Source: a bacterium
Lineage (GTDB): Bacteria; Arandabacterota; Arandabacteria; Arandabacterales; JALGWA01
Reading direction: 5' to 3'
Assembly: GCA_050125095.1 (NCBI GenBank)
Contig: JASFEA010000042.1
Location: 1-21,365 of the forward strand
DNA: 21,365 nucleotides
Shown: positions 1-8,638 of the stretch, piece after piece
How positions within the stretch are numbered: the first letter of the stretch is position 1
Layout: each line of letters begins with the position of its first letter
Notes under the pieces: model-generated
Told to the model about the DNA's origin: nothing
The model's input: the letters and a program-made list of their open reading frames with translations, nothing else
Databases searched by the model: none
Made by a program: the position numbers and the translations under genes

Positions 1-236
1 TAGCCGTGCTCCAGCTGCGGCCGCGCAAGTGCGAAGATGAGGGCCACAATCGCCAGCACCCTGAGCGAGAAGAGAACGGCCCTGAAGGAGTTCCTCGTCC
101 GGACGCGGCCGTCCAGCACTCCCAGGTCGGTGTAGGCTACCGCCGTGCGCCTGGCGCGGGCCTCCCTGTAGCCGAACCTGTAGAGAAGCGGTATCACCGC
201 CAGCAGGAACAACATGAGCGGCTGTTCGAATCTCAT
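1..236 (-). CDS. batA: BatA-like VWA-domain membrane protein, N-terminal part (runs off the window start)
   Basis: Not in the ORF track. Manual translation from ATG at 236: MRFEQPLMLFLLAVIPLLYRF...LRVLAIVALIFALARPQLEHG, the typical BatA N-terminus ending in ALARPQ. The start overlaps the upstream stop (TGATG). It lies downstream of MoxR and DUF58. Confidence 0.85.
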   Translation of the reverse strand, partial: MRFEQPLMLFLLAVIPLLYRFGYREARARRTAVAYTDLGVLDGRVRTRNSFRAVLFSLRVLAIVALIFALARPQLEHG

Positions 237-1366
237 CACGCCTCCAGGTCGACTCTCGGGGTGCTGGCCGCGGAAGTCGCCCTCACGATCTCGCGGGCTC
301 TCCCGATAATGGACGCCACGGACTCATCCGGCGGGATATAAGTCGCGAACTTCACGAGGTCGCATTCTTCCAGCACGTCACGCACCTCGCCGTAGCACAC
401 GGCCATCACGCCGCGGGCCGCTATGGCCCGTAAGATGTATGATGTGGGAAGCTCCATGGCGAGCACGCCGTACTTCCTCTCGATATACCTTCGCAAGACC
501 TCTGACACCAGCGTATAGAGGTCGTCAATAAGCCCTTTCTCAATGAGGCCCAGCGCCTCGATGCGAGCGAGCTCCGTATAGGCAGCCTCAACGGGGTCTA
601 TATAGGGCTCGGCGACTTCGATGTCGTAGGTCTCGGGCTCGGGCTTCTCTTTAAGGCCGATTAGCGTGAGGAGCCAGGCCACGAATGCCATAATCGGGCG
701 CGTGATCTTAAGCCAGATCTTACGGGCCAGCACCTCTATCTCGCTCTTCTTCCTGACCGAAACGAGCACGCTGGTGGCCGCCGCGCTGGCGAGCCCTATG
801 AGAAGAGCGTAGCTTAATATGATCTCCTTCCACCTTTTCTTCACCGAAAGCGGCGGCTTGATGTCGCGCACCTCCGTGGAGTCCCCCGCAAGCACGCTTT
901 CGACCACGATATCCACGGGCTCGGTCTCGATGCGGCCCGCCTTGCCGTCGGCTCCTTTGAAGAGGATGGGAATGGAAGGCACGGTATGCTCGCCCACCTC
1001 GAATACGGTGAGAAGCACGGATACCCTGCGGGCGAAGCCGCCCTCCGCGGGCACGACCGGCCCCTGCCTGATGTCCCTTACGATGAAGTCTCCCAGGTTC
1101 TCGCGCGTCGCCACCGGCCGGGGCTCCACCCCGCTCTCCCAGGTGAGATCCAGGATGAGGCTCACGGTATCGCCTATGGCGATCGCCCGTCTGTCGGTGG
1201 ACGTCTTGACGCTGAGGGGCTCGGCTGCTGCATAGCCTGCGCCGAGCAGCAGCAGGCATGCAAGAACCGCCGCAGCATATCTTATTATGTCTTTTGCCAT
1301 GTCCCGTGCCACGTCTCTTGCCATATCCCGTGCCATGTCTCTTGCCATGTCTCTCAGTACCGCCAC
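236..1366 (-). CDS. Exported/membrane protein of the MoxR-DUF58-Bat cluster (BatD-like N-terminal beta domain, TM helix, C-terminal helical domain)
   Basis: Signal peptide (IIRYAAAVLACLLLLGAGYAAAE), beta-rich segment (TDRRAIAIGDTVSL), RDIKPPL followed by a TM helix, C-terminal LSEVLRRYIE-like and DLVKFA motifs. Start uncertain: GTG 1366 or any ATG down to 1300. Confidence 0.75.
   Translation of the reverse strand: MAVLRDMARDMARDMARDVARDMAKDIIRYAAAVLACLLLLGAGYAAAEPLSVKTSTDRRAIAIGDTVSLILDLTWESGVEPRPVATRENLGDFIVRDIRQGPVVPAEGGFARRVSVLLTVFEVGEHTVPSIPILFKGADGKAGRIETEPVDIVVESVLAGDSTEVRDIKPPLSVKKRWKEIILSYALLIGLASAAATSVLVSVRKKSEIEVLARKIWLKITRPIMAFVAWLLTLIGLKEKPEPETYDIEVAEPYIDPVEAAYTELARIEALGLIEKGLIDDLYTLVSEVLRRYIERKYGVLAMELPTSYILRAIAARGVMAVCYGEVRDVLEECDLVKFATYIPPDESVASIIGRAREIVRATSAASTPRVDLEA
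1287..1354. repeat. 12-nt tandem repeat, about 5.7 copies, encoding RDMA units
   Basis: atgtcttttgcc atgtcccgtgcc acgtctcttgcc atatcccgtgcc atgtctcttgcc atgtctct. Confidence 0.9.
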
Positions 1367-2241
1367 TTGAAACGCCGCTCCCTTTCCCTGAAAAACCGCA
1401 CAAGGGGTTCCGCGTAGTCGCGCTCGGTGCCCAGGTTGATTTCATCCACCCTGGCCCGCGAGAGGATCCCCTTCCGCTCCGCGGCAAGCTGCGCGTTTAT
1501 CTCCCTGAAGTAGCGCGCGTTCTTCTCGGTCGTGAGGTCCAGGACCACGCGCTCTTCCGACTCGCCGTCTTCGACCTCTATAAGCCCTACGGGGGGGATA
1601 TCGTATTCGGTGGGGTCCCCCACGGTGACGGCCACCACGTCATGCCTGCGGTTGGCGACCGTCAGAGCTTTCTCATAGTCCTTGTCCCGGAAGTCGGAAA
1701 TGAGGAACATGACGCTGTGGCGCTTGATGACGCGCATTGCGTATTCGAGCGCCTGGCCTATATCCGTGCCGCGCGATGAGGGCTTGAAATGAAGGATCTC
1801 GCGGATAATCCTCAAGACATGCTTGGTACCCTTGCGGGGCGGTATGAACGCCTCTATTTTGTCGGTGAAGATGAGGAGCCCCACCTTATCATTGTTCCTT
1901 GTGGCCGAGAAGGCAAGCACGGCGCCTACCTCGGCGGCGAGCTCGCGCTTGAGGCGCAGGCTAGTCCCGAAGTCGAACGACCCGCTCGCGTCGAACACGA
2001 TGAGCACGGTGAGCTCGCGCTCCTCCACGTACTTCTTGACGTGGAGCCAGCCCGTGCGCGCCGTCACGTTCCAGTCGATGGTCCTGATGTCATCGCCAGG
2101 CTGGTACTCGCGGACCTCGTCGAACTCCATGCCCCGGCCCTTGAAGATGCTCGAGTAATGCCCGGCGAAGGTCTCGCGCACCATGGACCGCGTGGTTATC
2201 TCTATTCTTCTTACTTTCTCAAGCACTTCCCTCGGTATCAC
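1354..2241 (-). CDS. DUF58 domain protein (MoxR-associated)
   Basis: GRGMEFDEVREYQPGDDIRTIDWNVTAR and VKKYVEERE signatures, DASGS, ISDF; GGAG RBS upstream of the GTG. Confidence 0.93.
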   Translation of the reverse strand: MIPREVLEKVRRIEITTRSMVRETFAGHYSSIFKGRGMEFDEVREYQPGDDIRTIDWNVTARTGWLHVKKYVEERELTVLIVFDASGSFDFGTSLRLKRELAAEVGAVLAFSATRNNDKVGLLIFTDKIEAFIPPRKGTKHVLRIIREILHFKPSSRGTDIGQALEYAMRVIKRHSVMFLISDFRDKDYEKALTVANRRHDVVAVTVGDPTEYDIPPVGLIEVEDGESEERVVLDLTTEKNARYFREINAQLAAERKGILSRARVDEINLGTERDYAEPLVRFFRERERRFKWRY

Positions 2242-2277
2242 GCCGGTCTCCGTTTCGCGTTGCTCTCCCGCGCGCCG

Positions 2278-3267
2278 CTAGGGAATCTCCACGGCGTCGA
2301 AGATCTTGCCGATCATGGTCTCAGTGGTTATCTCCTCGGCCTCGGCCTCATAAGACGGTATGATTCGATGCCTTAAGACCTCCATGCCTATTGACCTCAC
2401 GTCCTCAGGCGTCACATATCCGCGCCCGCGAAGGAACGCGAAGGCCTTGGCGCCTATGGTGAGGTAAATGGTCGCCCTCGGCGAGGCACCGTACTCTATC
2501 AAGGGCTCCAGGTCCGCCAGGGCGAAGTCGGAGGGCTTGCGCGTCGCCATCACGATATCGACAATGTAGTTCTCGATCTTCTCGTCGACGTATATGTCGT
2601 ATATGGTCTTCCTTGCCCTTATGATCTGCTCAGGGCTAACCACGCCTTTAACCTCCGGCACGTCGCCCTTGGTCATGCGCCTCAAGATCTCGACTTCCTC
2701 GTCGCGCGTCGGGTAGTCGATCAAGACCTTGAGCATGAACCTGTCGACCTGCGCCTCAGGCAGCGGGTAGGTCCCTTCCTGCTCGATAGGATTCTGCGTG
2801 GCCATCACGAGGAAGGGCTCGTCCATCTTGTAAGTCTCATCGCCGATGGTGACCTGCCTCTCCTGCATGGACTCGAGGAGCGCGCTCTGCACCTTCGCCG
2901 GCGCGCGGTTGATCTCGTCGGCCAGGATGAGGTTGGCGAAGATGGGACCCTTGCGCGGCTTGAAGACGCCTTCTTTCTGGTCGAAGATAAGCGTGCCCAC
3001 AAGGTCGGCGGGCAGAAGGTCGGGCGTGAACTGAATGCGCTGGAACTTGGTCTGTATGGTGTCCGATAGCGTCTTCACGGCAAGCGTCTTGGCGAGCCCG
3101 GGAACGCCCTCTATGAGCACATGTCCCTCTGATATAAGCGCCACAAGGAGGCGCTCGACGACGTACTTCTGCCCTACGATAACGCTCTCAATCTGTTTGA
3201 GGATGTCACCTACGAAAGCGCTCTCGCTGCGTATCCTCTCATTGAGCGCCAGGATGTCGACTTCCAT
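2278..3267 (-). CDS. moxR: MoxR family AAA+ ATPase
   Basis: Walker A GVPGLAKT, RIQFTPDLLPAD, Walker B LADEINRA, ATQNPIEQEGTYPLPEAQVDRF, YGASPR. Start placed at ATG 3267 behind AAAGGAG. Confidence 0.95.
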   Translation of the reverse strand: MEVDILALNERIRSESAFVGDILKQIESVIVGQKYVVERLLVALISEGHVLIEGVPGLAKTLAVKTLSDTIQTKFQRIQFTPDLLPADLVGTLIFDQKEGVFKPRKGPIFANLILADEINRAPAKVQSALLESMQERQVTIGDETYKMDEPFLVMATQNPIEQEGTYPLPEAQVDRFMLKVLIDYPTRDEEVEILRRMTKGDVPEVKGVVSPEQIIRARKTIYDIYVDEKIENYIVDIVMATRKPSDFALADLEPLIEYGASPRATIYLTIGAKAFAFLRGRGYVTPEDVRSIGMEVLRHRIIPSYEAEAEEITTETMIGKIFDAVEIP

Positions 3268-3347
3268 GATCCCGTCTCCTTTCAATGTCCAGTCTGGAGT
3301 TGGTTCTGATGGATACCGCTGAACTTACGTATCTTTATAACAACGAT

Positions 3348-4349
3348 TTAGGTCTCGGGTTCCACATTTTTGGGCCCCTTTTCCGGGCCTTTATCGGGCG
3401 CCTTCCCGGGGCCATTTTCGGGGGCCTCTTCCCCGGCCTTCTCGAGGGCCTCTGCGGGCGCCTGAGACAAGGCCCTCCGGGCCTCGGATATGGTGGCCAC
3501 GTGTATGTCCACGTCGTCCATGACGTCGGCGGCATAGCCCCCCGCGAATACCACCGCGACCGAGATGCCGCGCGCCCGGCAGGCTTGTAGCACCAGCCTG
3601 TCGCGGCGCCTCAGGCCCTCCTTGGTGAGCGCGAGGCCCCCCAGCTGGTCCCCCACATAAGGGTCGGCCCCGGCAAGGTAGAATACGATGTCCGGCCGGT
3701 GGCCATCGAGGATTTCATAGACGGCGGCGAGCTCCCTGAGATAGGCCTCGTCATCGGCCCCGTCGGGGAGCCCTATGTCGAGATCGCTCTTCTCCTTGAC
3801 GGGGTAGTTATTCTCCTGGTGGATGGAGAAGGTGAAAACATCGGGCTCGCCCTGGAATATACGCGCGGTGCCGTTACCCTGGTGAAGGTCGCAGTCTATG
3901 ACGGCAGCCCTTGACGCCAGCCCCTCGCGCCTTAACCTTGCGATTGCCACGGCAACGTCGTTCACGTAGCAAAAGCCCTCGGCGTGGTCGGCGAACGCGT
4001 GATGGAACCCGCCCCCAACGTGGACGCATATCCCGCCGTCCAGTGCCAGCTTGCCTGCTTCCATGGAGCCGCCCGCAGCGTATATGTAGGCCTCCACTAT
4101 CTCGCGCGTAAGGGCCATCTCGGACCTCTGAGTGCGGTGAGTCCATTTAAGATTGCTGAGGTCGTCGATGTATTCGGGCGTGTGGACAAGCAGAAGGTCC
4201 TCGCGCGACGGCCGCGGCGCCTCTATGACATCGGACTCACTGAAGAGCCCGACCTTGAGGGCCGCCTGTATGGTGAGCCTGTACTTGACAACGGGAAAGA
4301 TATGCCCCAGCAGGTCTGCCTCATACCGGGGCGACCAAACGAGTTTCAT
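3348..4349 (-). CDS. Histone deacetylase family (Zn-dependent deacylase) protein
   Basis: GGFHHA, GFCYVND, DCDLHQGNG, AGADP..D and GGY motifs. Start placed at ATG 4349 behind GAGGGG. Confidence 0.93.
   Translation of the reverse strand: MKLVWSPRYEADLLGHIFPVVKYRLTIQAALKVGLFSESDVIEAPRPSREDLLLVHTPEYIDDLSNLKWTHRTQRSEMALTREIVEAYIYAAGGSMEAGKLALDGGICVHVGGGFHHAFADHAEGFCYVNDVAVAIARLRREGLASRAAVIDCDLHQGNGTARIFQGEPDVFTFSIHQENNYPVKEKSDLDIGLPDGADDEAYLRELAAVYEILDGHRPDIVFYLAGADPYVGDQLGGLALTKEGLRRRDRLVLQACRARGISVAVVFAGGYAADVMDDVDIHVATISEARRALSQAPAEALEKAGEEAPENGPGKAPDKGPEKGPKNVEPET
3369..3464. repeat. Degenerate 12-nt tandem repeat (8 units) encoding the low-complexity HDAC tail
   Basis: Peptide units QAPA EALE KAGE EAPE NGPG KAPD KGPE KGPK, with matching 12-nt periodicity in the DNA. 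Confidence 0.7.
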
Positions 4350-4356
4350 CGACCCC

Positions 4357-5040
4357 TCACCGGTTGATGGTGATTCCATAGCGCACGAACAGCGCGCCGA
4401 CAACTATCAGGAATATGCCGCAGACGGCGAAGAGCGCCTTGTACCAGCGCCCCTGGCCGCGGCTCAAGCCCAGCGACACCAGACATGAGACGAGGGTGTA
4501 CCATACGAGGTCTGAGAGCACGTGGCCCGTGATGAAGGCCGCGATGCCCTTCATGCCCATCGCGGAGGAGGCCACTATGAGTCCGGCGCCGATGCTGCCC
4601 CACCAGCCGAACCAGTAGGGATTGGAGAGGGTCGCCGAGATGCCGAGCAGCACGGGCCTCATCGATGTCCCGGCTCTCCCTTCCCCGCCCTCAGCGGCGG
4701 CCCTGAGATCGAGCTCGATGCTCCTCAAGCTCCGCACCATGCTGACTCCCATGTAGCAGAGCACTGCGCCTCCCGCGATGGCCACCACCATTCTCAAAGT
4801 CGTGTTATTTATGAAAGCCGAGAGGCCCGCCACGAGCAGAATGGTGATAACGATCTCGGCGAGGCCATGCCCCAGAGTGATGAGCGGCCCAGCCCTGGCG
4901 CCCCTTCTTCCCGCCTCCTTGATGGTCACGGTGAGCACGGGGCCCGGGACCAGGGCGCCCGAAAGACCGATGAGGAATGCCGTCCAGAATATGGCCAGGA
5001 GCCGCAGGAGTTCCGAGGTTCCCGCTGCGCCCGCGTCCAA
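4357..5040 (-). CDS. LysE family translocator
   Basis: GLSGALVPGP, G..ITLGH, TLSNPYWFGWW; multiple TM helices; TTG start next to the upstream stop. Confidence 0.88.
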   Translation of the reverse strand: MDAGAAGTSELLRLLAIFWTAFLIGLSGALVPGPVLTVTIKEAGRRGARAGPLITLGHGLAEIVITILLVAGLSAFINNTTLRMVVAIAGGAVLCYMGVSMVRSLRSIELDLRAAAEGGEGRAGTSMRPVLLGISATLSNPYWFGWWGSIGAGLIVASSAMGMKGIAAFITGHVLSDLVWYTLVSCLVSLGLSRGQGRWYKALFAVCGIFLIVVGALFVRYGITINR

Positions 5041-5041
5041 G

Positions 5042-6706
5042 TTATACCCTGCCCGAACGGATTGTGTCTATGAGCAGCCACAGCCCCACAATCGCGGCGA
5101 AGAAGAATCCCCCCGTTCCGAGGGCGCGGTGATACGGTACGGCTTCCCTGCCGAATACCATGATGAGACATGAAGCCACAATGAGGGCGGCGACCAGCAT
5201 GCTGAATGACAAGCGGCTCGATGATTTCTCGAACTCGCTCGTGAGCTTCTCAAGCCCCCGGTGCTCGAACTCGATGCGGAGTTTGCCGGCCTTCGCGACC
5301 GAGATGAGGCTCGCCAGGTCTCCGGGTATGGACGAGAGCTGGGTGATGACGTCGCCCAGCTCGGAGGTGCGGTGCCCCAGCAGGCCCGATATGGAGTACT
5401 TCCTCCGCACGAGTTTCTCGACATAGGGCTTGGCCTCCTCGAGCATATTGAAACCGGGATCGAGCACCCTCCCCACTTCCTCATAGACGCCGAGGGCCTT
5501 GCCGAGGAGCAGGAACTCGGTGCGCATTCGAATGCGGTACATGGTGAGGAAGGACATGACCTCGGAGATGAGCTCCTTCATATTGACCTCTCCCAGGCTC
5601 ATCATGCTGTACTTGTCGATGATGAGCATGAGGTCTTCCACCACCTCGCGCTTATCGACGTTGGCCGGAATGAGATCCAGCTTCTCCATTACTCTCATGA
5701 GCCGGTCCGGGTTCTTCTTCACGAATCCTATGAGGAGATCCGCGAGGGCGTCCTTGTCGTCTTCTGTAAGGCGCCCGACCATGCCGAAGTCGACCGGCGC
5801 GATCCTGCCGTCCCGAAGCACGAAGATGTTGCCCGGATGCGGATCGGCGTGGAAGAAGCCGTCATCGAATACCTGCTTGAGGACCGCCCTTGCGCCTACT
5901 CTGGCGACGGACGACGCGTCCACGTCGGCTTCCTTGAGGCGCTCGGTGTCGGATATCTTTATGCCGTCGATGAACTCGATGGTGAGGACGCGCGACGTGG
6001 AGTACTCGCCGTAAGTCTCTTCGACATAGACCTCTTCGCTGCCCTCGAAGTTGCGGCGGAAGACCTCTATATTGGCGCGCTCGATGCCGAAGTCGACTTC
6101 GCGCTTGGAGGTGCGCTTGAACTCGCGCACCATTCCCGAGGGGTCGTAGCGCCTGGACTCGGGCACATGCTCTTCGAGAAGCCGGGCGATGTCTTCGAGT
6201 ATCATTATGTCCTGGACCAGCGTCTCACGCACGCCGGGCCGCTGGACCTTGACCACGACTTCCTCCCCGCCCGGTAGCCTCGCCCTGTGCACCTGGGCGA
6301 TCGAGGCCGACGCAAAAGGCTCTGTCTCGAAAGACGCGAAAGCCTCCTCCAGGGGTTTGCCCAGTTCGGCCGTCACTACATCGCACACCTTATCGAACTC
6401 AAAGGGCTTCACCTTGTCCTGAAGCTTGGCAAGCTCCCTGGAGTACTCGGGCGGGAAAAGGTAAGAACGGGTACTGAGCGTCTGGCCGAACTTGATGAAG
6501 GTTGGCCCGAGCTCCTCCAGCGCCTGCCTGAGCCTCTCCGGGCTGGTGGTCACCTTGCCTATGGGCTTCCGGAGCGCGGCCTTGAGGTGCACCGGAAGAT
6601 GCGCGCGCCCCAGGATCTCGTCGAAGCCGTACTTCGCCAGTATGACCGAGATATCCCGGAAGCGCTTAATGCGCTGCAGTCTCCTCTGGATCCTGAGTGT
6701 CGGCAC
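5042..6706 (-). CDS. ubiB: UbiB/AarF (ABC1) family atypical kinase-like protein with C-terminal TM helices
   Basis: ELGPTFIKFGQ (KxGQ), ASASIAQVH Ala-rich loop, VKVQRP, HADPHPGN, DFG. Confidence 0.92.
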   Translation of the reverse strand: MPTLRIQRRLQRIKRFRDISVILAKYGFDEILGRAHLPVHLKAALRKPIGKVTTSPERLRQALEELGPTFIKFGQTLSTRSYLFPPEYSRELAKLQDKVKPFEFDKVCDVVTAELGKPLEEAFASFETEPFASASIAQVHRARLPGGEEVVVKVQRPGVRETLVQDIMILEDIARLLEEHVPESRRYDPSGMVREFKRTSKREVDFGIERANIEVFRRNFEGSEEVYVEETYGEYSTSRVLTIEFIDGIKISDTERLKEADVDASSVARVGARAVLKQVFDDGFFHADPHPGNIFVLRDGRIAPVDFGMVGRLTEDDKDALADLLIGFVKKNPDRLMRVMEKLDLIPANVDKREVVEDLMLIIDKYSMMSLGEVNMKELISEVMSFLTMYRIRMRTEFLLLGKALGVYEEVGRVLDPGFNMLEEAKPYVEKLVRRKYSISGLLGHRTSELGDVITQLSSIPGDLASLISVAKAGKLRIEFEHRGLEKLTSEFEKSSSRLSFSMLVAALIVASCLIMVFGREAVPYHRALGTGGFFFAAIVGLWLLIDTIRSGRV

Positions 6707-6739
6707 CGCTTTTTCACCCTATCCGAGGTGTAGCGATTC

Positions 6740-7057
6740 TCACTTGGCGGTCTTCTTGCCGCCCTTCTCGAGAGCGGCTATCTTGGCCTTGAGTGCGTCT
6801 ATCTCGGCCTGGAGTCTGTCGATCTCCTCCTTGCCCCGGAGCTTGTTGCCAAGCGTCTCTATGCGCTCGTCGATGAGGTGCTTGAGATCCGTCGTGGCTT
6901 TCTGGGCTCGCCTCTGCAGCTCATCGATGGTCTCCGCCCTGTCCGAAGCCGACAGCTCGCCGCGCTTTATGGCCTCATCAACCCACTCCTCGATCTTGTC
7001 CCTCGTGATGCTCGCGGCCCCGAGACTGAAGTTCATAAAGGACTTGAAGAATGTCAT
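6740..7057 (-). CDS. Phasin-like / polyhydroxyalkanoate granule-associated coiled-coil protein
   Basis: LGAASITRDKIEEWVDEAIKRGEL pattern and C-terminal coiled coil (EEIDRLQAEIDALKAKIAALE); strong RBS (GAGGGGG); a common neighbour of UbiB. Confidence 0.75.
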   Translation of the reverse strand: MTFFKSFMNFSLGAASITRDKIEEWVDEAIKRGELSASDRAETIDELQRRAQKATTDLKHLIDERIETLGNKLRGKEEIDRLQAEIDALKAKIAALEKGGKKTAK

Positions 7058-7100
7058 ATGCTTCTACCCCCTCTCCTCTTGAGATTCCTATCCCGCTTTC

Positions 7101-7129
7101 ACTCTATACCAACCCCAAAGAACGTTCAA
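7101..7129 (-). promoter_or_regulatory. Putative sigma70 promoter for the leftward gene run
   Basis: TTGAAC (7129-7124), 17-bp spacer, TAGAGT (7106-7101). Confidence 0.45.
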
Positions 7130-7201
7130 GCTCTTAAGATTTTGCCCCTCATTCACTTATACGTCCCCGGCGGGCCTCATGTTTCAGGGCAAGGCTTTTT
7201 G

Positions 7202-7230
7202 TTGATTTGCCGGCGGGCTGATGGTAGATT
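7202..7230 (+). promoter_or_regulatory. Putative sigma70 promoter for the carboxylase operon
   Basis: TTGATT (7202-7207), 17-bp spacer, extended -10 TGgTAGATT (7222-7230). Confidence 0.55.
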
Positions 7231-7281
7231 TGGGGCGGTTTGTTACGCCATTCGGCAGTGACTCCACCATAGGAAAAAGAG

Positions 7282-8634
7282 ATGTTCAGAAGTGTGCTCA
7301 TAGCCAATCGCGGCGAAATCGCGCTCCGCGTGATCCGCGCGTGCAAGGACCTCGGCATAAGGACGGTGGCCGTACACTCGGAGGCCGACCGCACTTCCCC
7401 GCATCTGGAGGAAGCCGATGAGGCCGTGTGCATCGGGGGCTCGAGAAGCAGTGAGTCCTATCTCAACATGGAGGCCATTATCCAGGCGGCCGTCCAGAAC
7501 GAATGCCAGGCCCTCCACCCCGGCTACGGTTTTCTGGCCGAGAACGCCCTTTTCTCGGCCATGTGCGCCCAGAGCAAGGTGACTTTCATCGGGCCGCCGC
7601 CGCATGCGGTAAGGCTCATGGGGGACAAGGCTCGCGCGCGCGAGACCATGATCGACCTGGGCCTGGAGCCCATACCCGGCTCCGAGGGCACCATACGCGA
7701 CCTGGCCCATGCCCGCGAGAGCGCAGAGGAGATTGGATACCCGGTGCTCCTCAAGGCCACGGCCGGCGGAGGCGGCAAGGGCATGCGCGTCGTCCAGGAC
7801 GCGGGCTCGATCGAGGACGCCTTCAGCCAGGCCTCCATGGAGGCCGAGAAGGCCTTCGCCAACCCGTCGCTTTACATGGAGAAGTTCATCGCGCGGGGCA
7901 AGCACATAGAGTTTCAGATCCTGGCGGACGTCTTCGGTAACGCAGTTCACCTGGGCGAAAGGGAGTGCTCCATTCAGCGGAGCCATCAGAAGCTTATAGA
8001 GGAGTCGCCGTCCCCGGTGATATCCGCCGAGATAAGGAACGAGCTGGGGGCTAAGGTGGCCAAAGCCGTCGCGGCCATAGGCTACGTCAATGCGGGCACC
8101 GTGGAGTTCCTGCGCGACGAGGAAGGCAATCTCTACTTCATGGAGATGAACACGCGCCTCCAGGTCGAGCACCCGGTCACCGAAGTGGTTACGGGTTTCG
8201 ATATCGTAAAGGAGCAGCTCAGAATCGCGGCCAACTGTCCCTTAAGCATCACCCAGGATGACGTCAAGATGACCGGCCACGCCATCGAATGTAGGATAAA
8301 CGCCGAGGACCCGGCCAGCGGCTTCAAGCCCGACCCGGGTACGCTTGAGGCTTTTGAGCCGCCCACGCTGGACTCGGTGCGCGTGGACACCCACATACGG
8401 GCGGGCTACACCATACCGCCTTTCTACGATTCGCTCATATGCAAGCTCATTGTGCGCGGCGACGATCGCCGGAGCGCAATCGCAAACACAATAGCCGCCC
8501 TCAAGGCCTTCAAGATAGAGGGCGTCAAGACCACGGTGCCCATTCATATCGATATTCTGGGCTCGGACGAATTCCGGAAGGGAACCTACTCAACGCGTTT
8601 CGTCGGGGATTTCCTGGCCGCCAGGGGGAGTTGA
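7282..8634 (+). CDS. accC: Biotin carboxylase subunit (stand-alone)
   Basis: [75 protein letters not shown]. Confidence 0.96.
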   Translation: MFRSVLIANRGEIALRVIRACKDLGIRTVAVHSEADRTSPHLEEADEAVCIGGSRSSESYLNMEAIIQAAVQNECQALHPGYGFLAENALFSAMCAQSKVTFIGPPPHAVRLMGDKARARETMIDLGLEPIPGSEGTIRDLAHARESAEEIGYPVLLKATAGGGGKGMRVVQDAGSIEDAFSQASMEAEKAFANPSLYMEKFIARGKHIEFQILADVFGNAVHLGERECSIQRSHQKLIEESPSPVISAEIRNELGAKVAKAVAAIGYVNAGTVEFLRDEEGNLYFMEMNTRLQVEHPVTEVVTGFDIVKEQLRIAANCPLSITQDDVKMTGHAIECRINAEDPASGFKPDPGTLEAFEPPTLDSVRVDTHIRAGYTIPPFYDSLICKLIVRGDDRRSAIANTIAALKAFKIEGVKTTVPIHIDILGSDEFRKGTYSTRFVGDFLAARGS

Positions 8635-8638
8635 CAAT

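Noticed and set aside
1287-1354. CRISPR array
   Set aside because: Contiguous 12-nt units without spacers; no cas genes.
5261-8172. Long antisense ORFs (e.g. 5261-6277 +, 7243-8172 -) and other overlapping track ORFs
   Set aside because: Shadow frames of well-supported genes, as expected from GC-rich codon bias; no family motifs.
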